Part shown: in pieces, positions 1-7,728 of the stretch
Position numbering within the stretch: position 1 is the first letter of the stretch
Layout: each line of letters starts with the position of its first letter
DNA from: a virus
Direction: 5' to 3' (one strand)
Virus genome (UHGV): UHGV-0072754
Length of the DNA stretch: 38,035 nt
Translations under genes and position numbers: made by a program
Notes under the pieces: generated by a model
The model's database searches: none
What the model saw: only the letters and a program-made list of their open reading frames with translations
What the model was told of the DNA's origin: nothing

Positions 1-148
1 CCAGCTTTTCCAGCTTGAGAATTTTTCTGTCTTTGGCTTCCAGCTCATCCAGCAGCGCCAGAACATCGCGAGTTTCCACGAACATATTCGGGTCGAAGTT
101 ATCGACAGCTTTAGCCGCGGCTGCTTTCAATTTGTCGATGTTGGTCAT
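1..148 (-). CDS. Hypothetical early protein, N-terminal 49 codons only (gene continues past window edge)
   Basis: ATG at 148-146 with AAGGAG 8 nt upstream; start overlaps stop of upstream gene (ATGA); translation MTNIDKLKAAAAKAVDNFDPNMFVETRDVLALLDELEAKDRKILKLEKL. Confidence 0.4.
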   Translation of the reverse strand, partial: MTNIDKLKAAAAKAVDNFDPNMFVETRDVLALLDELEAKDRKILKLEKL

Positions 149-375
149 TGGGCGGCTCCTTCTGCTTTCTTTTCGTCAACGCTCCAGGCTGTAGCCAGTG
201 CTCCAGTCACCTGCATAAACGAGTGTTTTACTTTCACCGAGAAGGTTTCTCCTGTTGGCGATACCGTTTCAATGGTGGTCAGTTCGCCGCCGCTATCAAA
301 ATCAGGGTAGAACTGCGTTACCAGGTTACTTTCGACAATCACCGATCCGTCTGGCGTGTGCATTTTAAGTTTCAT
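145..375 (-). CDS. Hypothetical early protein (76 aa)
   Basis: ORF in tightly coupled leftward operon; start overlaps stop of the 372..908 gene. Confidence 0.5.
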   Translation of the reverse strand: MKLKMHTPDGSVIVESNLVTQFYPDFDSGGELTTIETVSPTGETFSVKVKHSFMQVTGALATAWSVDEKKAEGAAQ

Positions 376-908
376 TGCTGCACTCCTTTGCGAAGCTCCT
401 TCAAAACAGCGCGCACAATTGCGTTACCGCGAGACACATATTCGAGGTGCCAAACGTCGCCGTCAGGCTCTGGCGGCTGCCCAGACCAAATAACGGTCTG
501 GAGCGTTGCATCATCAACGTTGTCGTAATCAGCCAACACAGTTGCAATTTGATAAGGTAATTGGCTACCTCTCAGAAACTCATCCACACCCTGCGCGCGC
601 ACTTCAGCCAGGAAAGCATCGGTTGCCGGGGTTTCTGGCTTGAAGTCGCTGGCACACCGCGGTTCGATGTCATCGCTTGTGTAAATAAAACAGTCATCTT
701 TGATGAATTTATTTAGCCCCGCATTCTCCGCAGCCAGCGCCGCAGCATCATTGCGAACCTTACGCAGTTCCAGAACAGCAACCTGAACTGCATAAGCGAA
801 CATAGCGGAAGGGCGGTTACAATCGGTCTCAGCATCGCGCTGCATGTTGACTGCAACAGTCATCAGTTCATCCAGTTGTTCGATGGTCATCGGTTTATTG
901 GCTTTCAT
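372..908 (-). CDS. Hypothetical early protein (179 aa; start at internal Met MKANKP of the track ORF)
   Basis: Track ORF 372..1049 trimmed to the ATG at 908, which overlaps the stop (895) of the upstream gene; no family recognised. Confidence 0.45.
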   Translation of the reverse strand: MKANKPMTIEQLDELMTVAVNMQRDAETDCNRPSAMFAYAVQVAVLELRKVRNDAAALAAENAGLNKFIKDDCFIYTSDDIEPRCASDFKPETPATDAFLAEVRAQGVDEFLRGSQLPYQIATVLADYDNVDDATLQTVIWSGQPPEPDGDVWHLEYVSRGNAIVRAVLKELRKGVQQ

Positions 909-1929
909 GATTCTTTTCCTGCTGCAGTTTGTGTTGCTTAACGAAGTGGGCCACAGCCTTTGACTGGCTAGCGGCAATGGTTTTGTCACCAATGTCCAGC
1001 CAAACGGTTTTTCCGCGATACAGTGAGGCCCGACCAATGTCTTTACCATCGAGCATCACATACAGAGTTCGTCCGCGAATTTCTGTGGTCGGGACTGGCT
1101 GTGACAAGCGATACGTTTCACGCGCTTCAGCAATGGCTTTGTGCTCGTCGATAATTGCCAGTGCTTCCGCCAGCGCCGCACCTTCAAGAGTGAAAACACC
1201 TTCATCACTGATTGCAGCCTGAGCCATAAGCTCAACGAAACGGCGCGCGTTCTTGATGCTCAGTTCGGGGGCGATAGAACTGCGGGTAACTTTCGATTTC
1301 CCTTGGGCAGCAGCGACTGCTTTGTCATGCTGGAGAACTTCACCCGCCTGTTCGCCATACTCGCGGACACGGTCCACAGCAACGTCAACAGATACTGCAC
1401 CGGATTTAACTTCCCTCTGCACGTCATGGTTTGCTGTGCTGAGGAGTAATAACTTCTCGACGGTGGCCACGGATTTATTAACCAGCTTTGCAATTTCGCT
1501 GGTGGTCTGGTTGAAGGCGTTATGCAGCTCCTGAATAACTGCAGCCTGCTCCATATCTGAGAGCGGCAGCTGGTTGTTACTGGTCATGATGCGCGCCAGA
1601 CGCTGAACATCGCTACCGTTGAACGGCATGATGTGGATGCGGTCAACTGGCTTGCCAGCTTCAGCGCAGCGCGCATAGCAGCGACGCCGACGGTGGCCTT
1701 CAACAACCCACACTCCACCTTCATCACGGGCGATAACCTCCAGCGGGGGAACGGAGCCACCGTTCATCAGGTAGTTGAACAAATCATCATCAGCCTGGCG
1801 GGTGCGTTCATCGTCTTCACGCTTGTTGAAACCTTCACGAACGTGGATATCTGAAAGAGCGATAAACATCCCGGTATCGGTGCGCTTAATTACACCGGCC
1901 TTGGTCATTTGCTTGAATGAGTTAGCCAT
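895..1929 (-). CDS. ParB-like nuclease domain protein (ParB/Srx N-terminal domain, 344 aa)
   Basis: N-terminal motif VVEGHRRRRCYARCAEAG typical of the ParB/sulfiredoxin fold (recalled signature, not searched); start overlaps stop of the 1929..2288 gene. Confidence 0.65.
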   Translation of the reverse strand: MANSFKQMTKAGVIKRTDTGMFIALSDIHVREGFNKREDDERTRQADDDLFNYLMNGGSVPPLEVIARDEGGVWVVEGHRRRRCYARCAEAGKPVDRIHIMPFNGSDVQRLARIMTSNNQLPLSDMEQAAVIQELHNAFNQTTSEIAKLVNKSVATVEKLLLLSTANHDVQREVKSGAVSVDVAVDRVREYGEQAGEVLQHDKAVAAAQGKSKVTRSSIAPELSIKNARRFVELMAQAAISDEGVFTLEGAALAEALAIIDEHKAIAEARETYRLSQPVPTTEIRGRTLYVMLDGKDIGRASLYRGKTVWLDIGDKTIAASQSKAVAHFVKQHKLQQEKNHESQ

Positions 1930-2288
1930 TAGAGAACAACCTCGTTATTCAGGGAAATGACGACACTAGGCAGTTCACGGAGTTCTCGCTGAGCTTCCAG
2001 CAGGTGCATGTTGGTAGGCGTTTTTGTGTAGCGCTCTTCGATACGGTCACACTCTTTGGCCCAGCTGGTGACATCCTCACGTAGCGTAGCGTTCTGCTCA
2101 GCCAGTTCCTTCCGCTGCGCCATCGCTTCACACAGCGCGACGCTGGTATAGTCAAGACGGTTAGCCAGTTCGTTAACCATCCAACCATAAGCGGCAGGAA
2201 GGAGAGGGGCGGCCTTGCGAGCTGCGTCAATAAGCTGCTCTCTGGTCATGCGTGGTTGTAACTCGGTGACGTTCTGTGTGTTCGTCAT
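1929..2288 (-). CDS. Hypothetical early protein (119 aa), first gene of leftward operon
   Basis: ATG at 2288-2286 preceded by GGAGAAAC; track ORF extends to 2432 only through a GTG with no SD. Confidence 0.55.
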   Translation of the reverse strand: MTNTQNVTELQPRMTREQLIDAARKAAPLLPAAYGWMVNELANRLDYTSVALCEAMAQRKELAEQNATLREDVTSWAKECDRIEERYTKTPTNMHLLEAQRELRELPSVVISLNNEVVL

Positions 2289-2884
2289 GGTTAGTTTCTC
2301 CGTGTTATAAGCGCTCTGCACAGCGCTGATTTTTGGTTGCACGAATCCCTCGCCTGATAGCGACAAAACATAAAGGGGGTTCGTTTTAGTAAGCACCCAA
2401 CCAGGGCACTTAGTGAAACGGGCGGCTGCCACCGCCAGTTAGCTTCTCCACAATTGGGAGCGCGTTCTCCTGAGTTGATCTAACGACTGAGGCCTCTCAA
2501 GGAACCGGCTGAACGCGCTTTCAGTTGTGAAAAGGGGCGGTCGACATTAAGGACATTCAAAACTGCCGACCGCCAAGACTACACACAGCATCTGGTACAG
2601 CTACGACGGTTTACACAACTGGAAGCGCACTCCGTTCGTTTACTTACCTGTCATCCACAACCGATAGTTGATGGAATGCGCTTTCATGTTATGTGCCGGG
2701 ATTCCACCGGCTCCCATCTGTTTTTTAAGCCACTCAGATATCGTCTGGGCTGTCACCTGATCGCCACGCTGGTGAAACGTCTCTGGCTGTCGTACACAAC
2801 TGGCTTGCACATTCCGGCTGCCCGCTGGATCGGGATACTGCCTAAGGAATCCCCAGACCGCTGCGGCACATGTGCCATATGCCG

Positions 2885-2945
2885 ATGACTAGAAGATAAT
2901 CATTAATTGCGAGTAACGCAAGTATTAAAATGCATATTACGCAAT
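2885..2945 (-). promoter_or_regulatory. Candidate leftward early promoter with operator-like palindromes (OL analogue)
   Basis: TTGCGAGTAACGCAA (2907-2921; perfect 5-bp inverted arms) and TACGCAA half-site at 2936-2942 share the motif of the cI-cro operators; on the minus strand TTGCGT-N17-TATCTT reads as -35/-10. Confidence 0.3.
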
Positions 2946-2953
2946 TTTGTGGA

Positions 2954-2985
2954 CAAAAAAAAACCTCACGTGAGGTCTTTTTTTC
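2954..2985. terminator. Bidirectional intrinsic terminator downstream of repressor gene
   Basis: A9 - perfect 14-bp palindrome ACCTCACGTGAGGT (2963-2976) - T-run. Confidence 0.7.
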
Positions 2986-2997
2986 CTGTAAATCTTG

Positions 2998-3693
2998 CTA
3001 GCCGTGCCGTTTAAAGGATTGCGACTGGCTTATTAAAACCTTTCCATAAATGTAGAATCTATGCTCGTTATCTTTTGTGATACTCCATTCCCGATATTTT
3101 GGATTGTCAGAGATAACAAGAAGCTGGTCAGGAATCATCTGGAGCCGTTTTACGTATATTTTTCCATCAAAACCAAACACATATATACCATCGCCATCAA
3201 ATTCATTTATGTTGACGTCAACAAAAATGAGGTCTCCTGGCTCGATGGTTGACGCCATACTGTCACCACGAACGTTAATAACTTTAACGCCAGAAGATGA
3301 CCTGCCTCCAAACATAGTTAATGCCTGATCATTGCTGTATTCAATAGCATGTATGACATCAATAACATCACTGCTCTGTATGTGTCCTGCTCCGGCGCTT
3401 GCGCTCACATCAAGTACCTCGACTCTATAAACATCACCAATGCTACGTGATGATGAATCACTTTCACTGTTTAAATATACAGTAGCCTCATTTTCTGCCG
3501 AGGTAAATAGGTCAGGGACTTTTACGCTTAAAGCGTGAGCAAGTCGGTTAAGTGTTTGTTCTGAAAACTGCTTTTGCTTGCCTGTTTCCAGGCGGGAAAT
3601 GTTGGCAGCATCAACCCCCACAGTTTCAGCAAGCTCTGCGATTTTCATGTTCTTCGCGAGGCGAAGTTGTCTGATGCGAGATCCTATATTCAT
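2998..3693 (-). CDS. CI-like prophage repressor, HTH N-domain plus S24 LexA-like autopeptidase C-domain (231 aa)
   Basis: HTH (IGSRIRQLRLAKNMKIAELAETVGVDAANISRLETGKQ); S24 motifs VRGDSMASTIEPGDLIFVD and GKIYVKRL (Ser/Lys dyad); AG in linker; start ATG 3693 with almost no SD (leaderless-type, as lambda cI from pRM). Confidence 0.8.
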   Translation of the reverse strand: MNIGSRIRQLRLAKNMKIAELAETVGVDAANISRLETGKQKQFSEQTLNRLAHALSVKVPDLFTSAENEATVYLNSESDSSSRSIGDVYRVEVLDVSASAGAGHIQSSDVIDVIHAIEYSNDQALTMFGGRSSSGVKVINVRGDSMASTIEPGDLIFVDVNINEFDGDGIYVFGFDGKIYVKRLQMIPDQLLVISDNPKYREWSITKDNEHRFYIYGKVLISQSQSFKRHG

Positions 3694-3790
3694 GCGTCCA
3701 TTACAAGTGTTTTTTGCGTGTCGTGCAAAGCAACTTGCGCAATTCGCCTGCATGGAATAACATGCGTAATACGCAAATAAAGGAGGCTTT
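3694..3790. promoter_or_regulatory. Immunity operator/promoter region (OR analogue) with divergent pRM-like and pR-like promoters
   Basis: Three operator-like sites: TTGCGTGTCGTGCAA (3714-3728), palindrome TTGCGCAA (3735-3742), perfect 13-bp palindrome TGCGTAATACGCA (3763-3775); plus strand TTGCGC-N17-TAACAT, minus strand TTGCAC-N17-TGTAAT. Confidence 0.6.
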
Positions 3791-4048
3791 ATGCAATCAC
3801 CGTTAAGAAAATTGCGTAAATCGCACGGTATGACCTTGTTGCATGTTGCAACAGGCGTACAGGTCGACCCGGCAACTTTAAGTCGCATTGAAAGATGTGA
3901 ACAGGTTCCATCAGTTGAACTGGCAGAACGTTTAGCCAAGTTCTTCAAAGGCGAGATCAGCGAATTACATATTTTATACCCGAGCCGCTACCAGGTTGCT
4001 GATGACGCATCGGGTAAAGGCAATCGTAATGCGAAAGCAGCCGTCTGA
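3791..4048 (+). CDS. Cro-like HTH regulator (85 aa)
   Basis: AAGGAGG SD then ATG; HTH-like LRKSHGMTLLHVATGVQVDPATLSRIER; divergent from repressor. Confidence 0.65.
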   Translation: MQSPLRKLRKSHGMTLLHVATGVQVDPATLSRIERCEQVPSVELAERLAKFFKGEISELHILYPSRYQVADDASGKGNRNAKAAV

Positions 4049-4070
4049 AAACTACCAAAGGAAAAACAAC

Positions 4071-4541
4071 ATGGTAGAGCCAAGCCTGAAAGAAGTAGTG
4101 AAAGCGATGTGCAAAGCGTACCCCGGAGGCCGTGAGGCTATGGCAGGTGCTCTTGGCATGTCAGTCACGCAGTTCAATAACAATCTGTACGAGAAGAACG
4201 GCTGCCGGTTCTTCGAGGTGAACGAGCTGGAAGCGATGGAGGACATTTCAAACACGTCTTTCCTGGCTGATTACTTCGCGCAACGTCGCGGCGCTCTCCT
4301 GGTGGAAGTTCCGCAACTTGAAGACCTCGATCGCGTTGACCTATTCACCCGTGCAATGAGAACTGCAGCAGCACGCGGTCAGGTTGATCAGATCATTCAG
4401 AAGGCGCTGGAAGATGGAGTGATTGAAGCGCATGAAGCGGAAGAAATTAACGAGTATCACCGCCGTCATCTGGCAGCGCGTGAAGAAGAAATCCGCGCGA
4501 TTGTCGCGCTGTTTAGCCGTAAGCAAAGCCAAAAAAAGTGA
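4071..4541 (+). CDS. cII-position regulatory protein (YdaT-like by position; family not verified)
   Basis: ATG 4071 with AAGGA SD; immediately downstream of cro-like gene; GC-rich hairpin GACGCCCG...CGGGCGTC follows the stop. Confidence 0.45.
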   Translation: MVEPSLKEVVKAMCKAYPGGREAMAGALGMSVTQFNNNLYEKNGCRFFEVNELEAMEDISNTSFLADYFAQRRGALLVEVPQLEDLDRVDLFTRAMRTAAARGQVDQIIQKALEDGVIEAHEAEEINEYHRRHLAAREEEIRAIVALFSRKQSQKK

Positions 4542-4602
4542 CGCCCGCGAGTGTGCAGCTCCGGGCGTCTTGGCGTGTCGTATTCAGTGGAGAAACTAAC
4601 GC

Positions 4603-4941
4603 ATGAACAGTTTAAACCGATTGAGACCAGCGAAGCAATTCAGATGCCTTCCGCTGGTGGGAAAAGATTCCCCGTTCGGCTATGTGGAGAGATTAAACGA
4701 CCAGGCTGATACGAACAACTACCAGCCTGAGAACGCGATGGTAGAGGCTTTTGCTCAGATGAACGAGAAGGGGCGCGAGGAATGGCTGAAGTTAACCGGC
4801 GATTCAAAGACCACTACGGCGTCCCGGTCCGTGTCATCAGATGGGAGCCACAGACCCGACGCGTTATATACCTTCGCGAAGGGTACGATCATGAGTGCTT
4901 CAGCCCTCTTGAGCAATTCCAGCGTAAATTTACAGAGTTAA
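4603..4941 (+). CDS. Hypothetical protein (112 aa); C-terminal half is overlapped by a better-looking ORF in the -1 frame (4782..4994)
   Basis: Strong SD GGAGAAAC before ATG 4603; Ser/Thr-rich low-complexity C-terminus while the overlapping 4782..4994 frame gives a more protein-like sequence (possible frameshift). Confidence 0.35.
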   Translation: MNSLNRLRPAKQFRCLPLVGKDSPFGYVERLNDQADTNNYQPENAMVEAFAQMNEKGREEWLKLTGDSKTTTASRSVSSDGSHRPDALYTFAKGTIMSASALLSNSSVNLQS

Positions 4942-4950
4942 AGGACGACC

Positions 4951-5877
4951 ATGAGCCTGTTGATGCCATCCCGGCCGATAGTGATAAACCCTGACCTTGC
5001 ATACAGCATTGGCCTGAACGAGGCCATTGCGTTGCAGCAGGTTAACTACTGGCTTAAAGAAACCACCTCCGGACTGGAGCGTGACGGCGTGCGCTGGATT
5101 TACAACACCAACGAGCAGTGGCTGGAGCAGTTCCCGTTCTGGTCTGAGTCTACGCTGAAGCGCACATTCACCCGCCTGAAGCAGCTCGGCGTGCTCAAAG
5201 TTGAGCAGCTGAACAAGTCTCAGCGCGACATGACGAACTACTACACGATCAACTACGAAAGCGAGCTTTTAGATGAGCTCAAAGTGACCAAATCGAAGAG
5301 TTCAAAATGCACTCTTCCATCAGGTCAAAATGAACCGATGGAAGAGGTCAAAGTGGAACGCTCCATCGGTTCAAAACGAACCGCTCTCATCAGGTCAAAT
5401 TGCACTGATGTTCTTACAGAGAATACAACAGAGAATACTACAGATATTAAAAACCCTATTTGTCCGGTTGCGCCGCAACCAGACGGTGATGTGTTGATCA
5501 CCGATCAGGCTAAACAGGTTTTAACCCATCTGAACCAGGTGACCAGTTCGCGTTATCAGGTTTCAACAACCTCGCTGCAAAATATTCGTGCCCGAATCGG
5601 GGAGGGCTACACCGTTGAAGAATTGTCGCTGGTGGTGGACTACTGCAACGCCAAGTGGAGCGAAGACCTGACGATGGCGACCTACCTTCGACCACAGACG
5701 CTTTTCCAGCCGTCCAAGTTCCCTGGCTACCTGAAGTCAGCGAACAGTTGGGCCAAAGCTGGGCGACCTCCTCGCGTAAACGGAGAGTGGGCCCGAGAGG
5801 ATGGGGTTTTCCGCTCCAGTTTCCAGAACACTGACTACAGCAAAGTCCCGGCAGGCTTCAGAGGAGCGAACTCATGA
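4951..5877 (+). CDS. Replication initiator, lambda O-like (308 aa)
   Basis: AAGGA SD; position after the cII-like gene; iteron array lies inside the linker-coding region as in lambda O; conserved-looking C-terminal domain. Confidence 0.7.
   Translation: MSLLMPSRPIVINPDLAYSIGLNEAIALQQVNYWLKETTSGLERDGVRWIYNTNEQWLEQFPFWSESTLKRTFTRLKQLGVLKVEQLNKSQRDMTNYYTINYESELLDELKVTKSKSSKCTLPSGQNEPMEEVKVERSIGSKRTALIRSNCTDVLTENTTENTTDIKNPICPVAPQPDGDVLITDQAKQVLTHLNQVTSSRYQVSTTSLQNIRARIGEGYTVEELSLVVDYCNAKWSEDLTMATYLRPQTLFQPSKFPGYLKSANSWAKAGRPPRVNGEWAREDGVFRSSFQNTDYSKVPAGFRGANS
5297..5462. repeat. Candidate replication origin: 4-5 iterons plus adjacent AT-rich segment inside the O-like gene
   Basis: Repeats of ~GGT(T)CAAAAYGMAC with inverted symmetry (CATCAGGTCAAAATGAACCGATG 5319-5341, GGTTCAAAACGAACC 5368-5382, CATCAGGTCAAATTGCACTGATG 5388-5410) followed by cagagaatacaacagagaatactacagatattaaaaa. 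Confidence 0.55.
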
Positions 5878-6368
5878 GCCTTCTGAAAGATATTCAAATT
5901 TTCATCGCTGAAAACCCTGGGTTAACTAACAAACAGATCGCAGCATCAATGCCTCAATACCGACTTCATGCTGTTCAGCGCGGTGTATGCCATCTGGTCA
6001 AATTGAATCGCGCAACACGGCAGCATAACGGTAAGTGCTACCAGTATTTTGCCAAAGCGCCGGGAGGTGACGTTAGCGAGGGGCGTTCTGCACTGAAAAT
6101 TAACCGGGCAGATACACCAGCTGTATCGGAACAGGAAGAAGCGCCGAATCCAGCTGTAACCAGGATGATGGATAAGGCTAAAGGCCTGTTTGAAAAAGGG
6201 CTCTACCAGCGTGCGGCCACAGTTTTGATGGATGCCTTCAATCGCTCAAAAGACGAAGAGCAGCGAATGAAGATACTCATTGAGCGCCAGCGTTGTCTGC
6301 GCATGTCCCCGAAAGTTAAAGCGCCAACTGATGCATGGTGTCTGGCAGGTCAGGGGAGGAATATCTAA
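5874..6368 (+). CDS. Hypothetical replication-module protein in the lambda P position (164 aa)
   Basis: ATGA overlap with the O-like gene; no helicase-loader motif recognised. Confidence 0.4.
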   Translation: MSLLKDIQIFIAENPGLTNKQIAASMPQYRLHAVQRGVCHLVKLNRATRQHNGKCYQYFAKAPGGDVSEGRSALKINRADTPAVSEQEEAPNPAVTRMMDKAKGLFEKGLYQRAATVLMDAFNRSKDEEQRMKILIERQRCLRMSPKVKAPTDAWCLAGQGRNI

Positions 6369-7027
6369 TGAAATACTCTCTGATTTACGCAGACCCAGCC
6401 TGGGAATACGGCAACACCGTCAGCAACGGCGCGGCTACTAATCACTACGGCACAATGAAGCTGGTCGACATGAAGCGTCTTCCGGTCTGGGACCTTGCTG
6501 CTGACGATGCTGTTTTGGCTATGTGGTTCACCGGCACGCATACCCGCGAAGCGATTGAACTGGCTGAAGCATGGGGCTTTAAGGTCCGCACTATGAAGGG
6601 ATTCACCTGGGTGAAGCTCAACCAGCTCGCAGAGCAGCACATCAACAAAGCACTTCAGGCTGGTGGAGTAGAGGACTTTTACGACTTCCTCGACCTGCTT
6701 AACGAGCAGACCCGCATGAACGGCGGAAACTACACCCGAGCCAATACAGAAGACCTGCTTATAGCCACCAGGGGGAATGGACTTGAACGCCAGTGCGCGA
6801 GCATCAAGCAGGTTATCTACAGCCCACTGGGCAAGCACAGCCAGAAGCCAGCAGAGGCGCGCTTCCGCCTGGAGAAGCTTTACGGTGACGTTCCGCGCAT
6901 CGAACTCTTCAGCCGCTGCGGTGCACCAGGATGGCACCACTGGGGTAATCAGAGTGAGTCCGCTGCAGTTGAGTTGATTCCTGGCGTTGCTGTTCCGGTG
7001 GCAGATAACCGGGAGCATGCAGCATGA
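6368..7027 (+). CDS. MT-A70 family DNA N6-adenine methyltransferase (219 aa)
   Basis: IYADPAWEY (DPPW-type catalytic motif) near the N-terminus, HSQKP later; GGAGG SD; TAATG overlap with upstream gene. Confidence 0.75.
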   Translation: MKYSLIYADPAWEYGNTVSNGAATNHYGTMKLVDMKRLPVWDLAADDAVLAMWFTGTHTREAIELAEAWGFKVRTMKGFTWVKLNQLAEQHINKALQAGGVEDFYDFLDLLNEQTRMNGGNYTRANTEDLLIATRGNGLERQCASIKQVIYSPLGKHSQKPAEARFRLEKLYGDVPRIELFSRCGAPGWHHWGNQSESAAVELIPGVAVPVADNREHAA

Positions 7028-7251
7028 AGAAGCTATCAACCGAGCAGGAGAACGCGGTTCGTGACGTTGCCCGTCAATGCTCCGATGCCATTAAGAAAGC
7101 CTTGAAGAAAAAGCCGAAGCCAAGCTGGAACGTCGTTGTACCTCCGATCCTGAAGGAGTACCACGAGAAGGTAAAACCGATGGGCGTAAGTCTGGTGATG
7201 TTCAACAGCGTAATCGGACGCCTGAACGGGCGCTATGGAGTGGAGTCATGA
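7024..7251 (+). CDS. Hypothetical small protein (75 aa)
   Basis: ATGA-coupled between the methylase and RusA genes. Confidence 0.5.
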   Translation: MKKLSTEQENAVRDVARQCSDAIKKALKKKPKPSWNVVVPPILKEYHEKVKPMGVSLVMFNSVIGRLNGRYGVES

Positions 7252-7658
7252 TGAAACTGGTTCTCCCGTTCCCACCGAGCGTAAACACCTACTGGCGAGC
7301 CCCCAATAAGGGGCCGTTGGCAGGACGCCATCTCATCAGTGCTGCTGGCCGCAAATATCAGAGCGCTGCTTGCGCTGCGATTATTGAACAATTACGCCGC
7401 CTGCCTAAACCAACCACAGCGCCAGCGGCGGTTGAGATCATTCTCTATCCACCAGATGCCCGCCGCCGCGATATCGACAATTACAACAAGGCGCTTTTTG
7501 ATGCACTGACACATGCAGGCATCTGGGAGGATGACAGTCAGGTTAAACGAATGCTGGTGGAGTGGGCACCGCAGGTACCTGGCGGGAAGGTTGAAATAAC
7601 GATCGCCAGCTATGTCGAAAATGGTAGGCAAAATAGCAATGCATTGGTACGCGCATGA
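7248..7658 (+). CDS. rusA: RusA-family Holliday junction resolvase
   Basis: PPSVNTYW ... DIDNYNKALFDALTHAGIWEDDSQV, characteristic RusA motifs; nin-region position. Confidence 0.85.
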   Translation: MMKLVLPFPPSVNTYWRAPNKGPLAGRHLISAAGRKYQSAACAAIIEQLRRLPKPTTAPAAVEIILYPPDARRRDIDNYNKALFDALTHAGIWEDDSQVKRMLVEWAPQVPGGKVEITIASYVENGRQNSNALVRA

Positions 7659-7728
7659 GTGTTAGATTAAAAAGTGTCAGCGAAGCGGGAGTGCAGACCC
7701 GCTCGCACTACAACAAGTGGAGAAACAT

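Noticed and set aside
1929-2432. Longer 167-aa version of the first early gene
   Set aside because: The extension starts at a GTG with no SD and reads through a hairpin; the ATG at 2288 with GGAGAAAC is the supported start.
2676-2888. Plus-strand 70-aa ORF in the early leader
   Set aside because: Cys/Arg/Trp-rich improbable composition, no SD, and it runs antisense to the expected leftward early transcript; treated as noncoding.
3693-3948. N-terminal 85-codon extension of the repressor ORF
   Set aside because: The extension would overlap the cro gene and operators and adds a Cys-rich non-HTH segment; the HTH begins right after the ATG at 3693.
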